Shown piece by piece: positions 34,993 to 36,739 of a stretch of 36,739 bases of DNA. Each line of letters opens with the position of its first letter. Position 1 is the stretch's first letter. Below the pieces are notes generated by a model. It did not search any database, was not told where the DNA came from, and was given only the letters and a program-made list of their open reading frames with translations. Location: the NCBI GenBank assembly GCA_020025395.1, contig JAHHSE010000001.1, forward strand, positions 1-36,739. The letters are read 5' to 3'. The DNA is from Oscillospiraceae bacterium (GTDB taxonomy: Bacteria > Bacillota > Clostridia > Oscillospirales > Oscillospiraceae). Made by a program: the position numbers and the translations under genes.

Positions 34993-36423
34993 ATGAATAT
35001 TCTGTTTGCAGCCAGCGAAGTAGCTCCCTTTATCAAAACCGGCGGACTTGCCGATGTGGCAGGCTCCCTCCCCCAGGCCCTGGCCGCTCAGGGCCATGAT
35101 GTCCGGGTGGTCCTTCCTCTCTATGAGGGTGTGGGTGCCCCCTGGAGGGAGAAGATGGACTTCCTCTTTCACTTCCATGCCACCCTGGCCTGGCGCACCC
35201 CCTACTGCGGCGTCTTCTCTCTGAAACGGGAGGGGATCACCTATTACTTCATCGACAACGAGTATTATTTCAAACGGGGACAGATTTATGGTCACTATGA
35301 CGACGGGGAGCGATTTGCCTACTTCTCCCGCGCGGTGATCGAGCTTTGCGGGCATCTGGACTGGAAGCCGGACATCCTCCACGCCAACGATTGGCAGACC
35401 GCCCTGGTCCCCATCTATCTGCTGGAGGCCCGGTATTACATCCCCCAGCTGGCCAACACCCGCTCGGTCTTCACCATCCATAACATCGAGTATCAGGGCC
35501 GGTACGGCAAGGAGATCCTGGTGGATCTTCTGGGCCTGAACCCCAGCTATCTGAACGAGAAAATGCTGGCCTATTACGGGGATGTAAACCTGATGAAGGG
35601 GGCCATCTACGCCGCCGACTTCGTCACCACCGTCTCCCCCACCTACGCCCAGGAGCTGCACTATTCCTTCTACGCCCACGGGCTGGAAGGGGTGATCTCC
35701 GACTGCCAAAGCAAGATCGTGGGCATTTTGAACGGGGTGGACACCTCCCTCTATGACCCCGCCCGGGGCCAGAAAATCGCCGCCTCCTACACCCACAATA
35801 AGCTGGGGGGCAAAAAGACCTGCAAGCAGGCTCTCCAGCAGGCGGTGGGTCTGCGGGAGGACCCCTCCGTGCCCCTCATTGCCTGCGTCTCCCGGCTGGT
35901 GAGCCACAAGGGCTTTGACCTGCTCACGGCCGCCCTGCCCAATCTGATGGACATGGATCTTCAGATGGTGGTGCTGGGGACGGGGGACTGGAAATATGAG
36001 GAGGCCTTCCGAACCGCCGCCGCCCAGTATCCCGGTCGGTTCTCCGCCCAGCTGATGTATTCCGCCTCCCTCTCCAACGCCGTATACGCCGGGGCGGACC
36101 TCTTCCTCATGCCCTCGGTCTCGGAGCCGTGCGGCCTCTCCCAGATGATCGCCATGCGGTACGGCACCCTTCCCATCGTGCGGGAGACCGGCGGCCTTAA
36201 GGACACGGTGATCCCCGTGGGTCTGCCCGATGCCAGAGGCTTTACCTTTGCAGATATCAACGCCAACGATATGAGCCATGTGATCTGGGAGGCCACCCAG
36301 CTCTACCGCAACGACCCCAAGCAATGGAAAAAGCTCCAGATCAACGGGATGACCGCAGATTTCAGCTGGAAAGGACCGGCAAAAAAGTATCTGGATATCT
36401 ATCACCGCTTGACAGGGAAATAA
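34993..36423 (+). CDS. glgA: glycogen synthase (ADP-glucose type)
   Basis: MNILFAASEVAPFIKTGGLADVAGSLPQAL at the N-terminus is the KTGGL motif. The C-terminal SEPCGLSQMIAMRYGTLPIVRETGGLKDTV is also present. Confidence 0.95.
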   Translation: MNILFAASEVAPFIKTGGLADVAGSLPQALAAQGHDVRVVLPLYEGVGAPWREKMDFLFHFHATLAWRTPYCGVFSLKREGITYYFIDNEYYFKRGQIYGHYDDGERFAYFSRAVIELCGHLDWKPDILHANDWQTALVPIYLLEARYYIPQLANTRSVFTIHNIEYQGRYGKEILVDLLGLNPSYLNEKMLAYYGDVNLMKGAIYAADFVTTVSPTYAQELHYSFYAHGLEGVISDCQSKIVGILNGVDTSLYDPARGQKIAASYTHNKLGGKKTCKQALQQAVGLREDPSVPLIACVSRLVSHKGFDLLTAALPNLMDMDLQMVVLGTGDWKYEEAFRTAAAQYPGRFSAQLMYSASLSNAVYAGADLFLMPSVSEPCGLSQMIAMRYGTLPIVRETGGLKDTVIPVGLPDARGFTFADINANDMSHVIWEATQLYRNDPKQWKKLQINGMTADFSWKGPAKKYLDIYHRLTGK

Positions 36424-36437
36424 GCATATGATAAAGT

Positions 36438-36480
36438 AGCCTGCCAAGGGGGCGGTCACGCCCTTTGGCAGGCTGTTTTT
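36438..36480 (+). terminator. glg operon terminator
   Basis: AGCCTGCCAAGGGGGCG-gtca-CGCCCTTTGGCAGGCT is followed by GTTTTT. Confidence 0.85.
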
Positions 36481-36509
36481 CCGTGTGGTGATGGGAGCCT
36501 TTCCGTGTC

Positions 36510-36737
36510 CTATCCCCCGGTCCCATCCTCTGTCCCCTTTTCCTCCCCCGGTCCCAGGGAGAAATTCTGAATCCAGTCGATCAGGCAGGAGGAAATGGTC
36601 ACCGTAATCAGGGAAAAGGCAATTCTCCGGAAGGGGATGTAGGTGAGGGAGAGGAGAAGGACGGTGAGATCTGTGGCCAGATAGGCCCGGGAGATCCGCC
36701 AGCCGGTGACTTTGGAAATACTCAGGGCCAGGGCATC
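36510..36737 (-). CDS. C-terminal part of a membrane protein (YitT/YczE-like?), truncated by the window end
   Basis: The minus-strand frame is open from the window edge to TAG at 36510-36512. The translation is DALALSISKVTGWRISRAYLATDLTVLLLSLTYIPFRRIAFSLITVTISSCLIDWIQNF..., a hydrophobic segment convergent with glgA. It is not in the ORF track because no start lies in the window. Confidence 0.4.
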   Translation of the reverse strand, partial: DALALSISKVTGWRISRAYLATDLTVLLLSLTYIPFRRIAFSLITVTISSCLIDWIQNFSLGPGEEKGTEDGTGG

Positions 36738-36739
36738 GT

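Noticed and set aside
30624-36459. Long minus-strand ORFs (30624..32648, 32965..33807, 33603..34562, 34924..36459) opposite glgB/C/D/A
   Set aside because: All are antisense to genes with unambiguous catalytic motifs and have no family resemblance, so they are GC-driven open frames.
1-36739. CRISPR arrays, rRNA genes, and long direct or inverted repeats marking att sites or IS ends
   Set aside because: I saw no regularly spaced repeats, no rRNA-like sequence, and no repeat pair bracketing the 1.7-17.2 kb region. Exact repeat detection needs a computational self-alignment, which I could not run.

Overview
This is a high-GC Firmicutes/Clostridia-type chromosomal segment, judged from GGAGG ribosome-binding sites, an alpha/beta SASP spore gene, a T-box leader and a glgBCDA operon. 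About 1.7-14.7 kb on the minus strand is a compact ~13 kb operon of about 20 translationally coupled ORFs. It reproduces the order of the Bacillus PBSX late operon: short TerS-like protein, TerL, portal, XkdF-like protease, decoration protein, capsid, three connector proteins, sheath, tube, chaperone with a -1 frameshift, a very short low-complexity protein in the tape-measure slot, a LysM XkdP-like protein, and XkdQ/R/S/T/U-like baseplate proteins. No integrase, repressor, replication, tail-fibre or lysis gene is present. One flank is a HAD hydrolase gene. The other flank (15.0-16.9 kb) is a field of pseudogenes: an internally deleted IS5-family transposase, an SSB and a DUF3991/Toprim primase-like gene. 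My lead hypothesis is a domesticated PBSX-like or gene-transfer-agent-like particle locus; the alternative is an ordinary decaying prophage. The left edge carries a partial tRNA-Thr(UGU) and a three-gene cassette (zinc ribbon, small helical protein, sigma-70 region-4-only HTH). The rest is housekeeping: rplM-rpsI, a ttcA-like gene, a tandem-OB SSB-like gene, a SASP gene, a lysO-like gene, thrS with a Thr T-box, an RNase R-like gene, secG, a D-Ala-D-Ala carboxypeptidase and glgB-glgC-glgD-glgA. A MoxR-AAA/DUF5682/VWA operon at 20.3-23.7 kb is heavily decayed. All family assignments come from reading the translations by eye; no searches were run.
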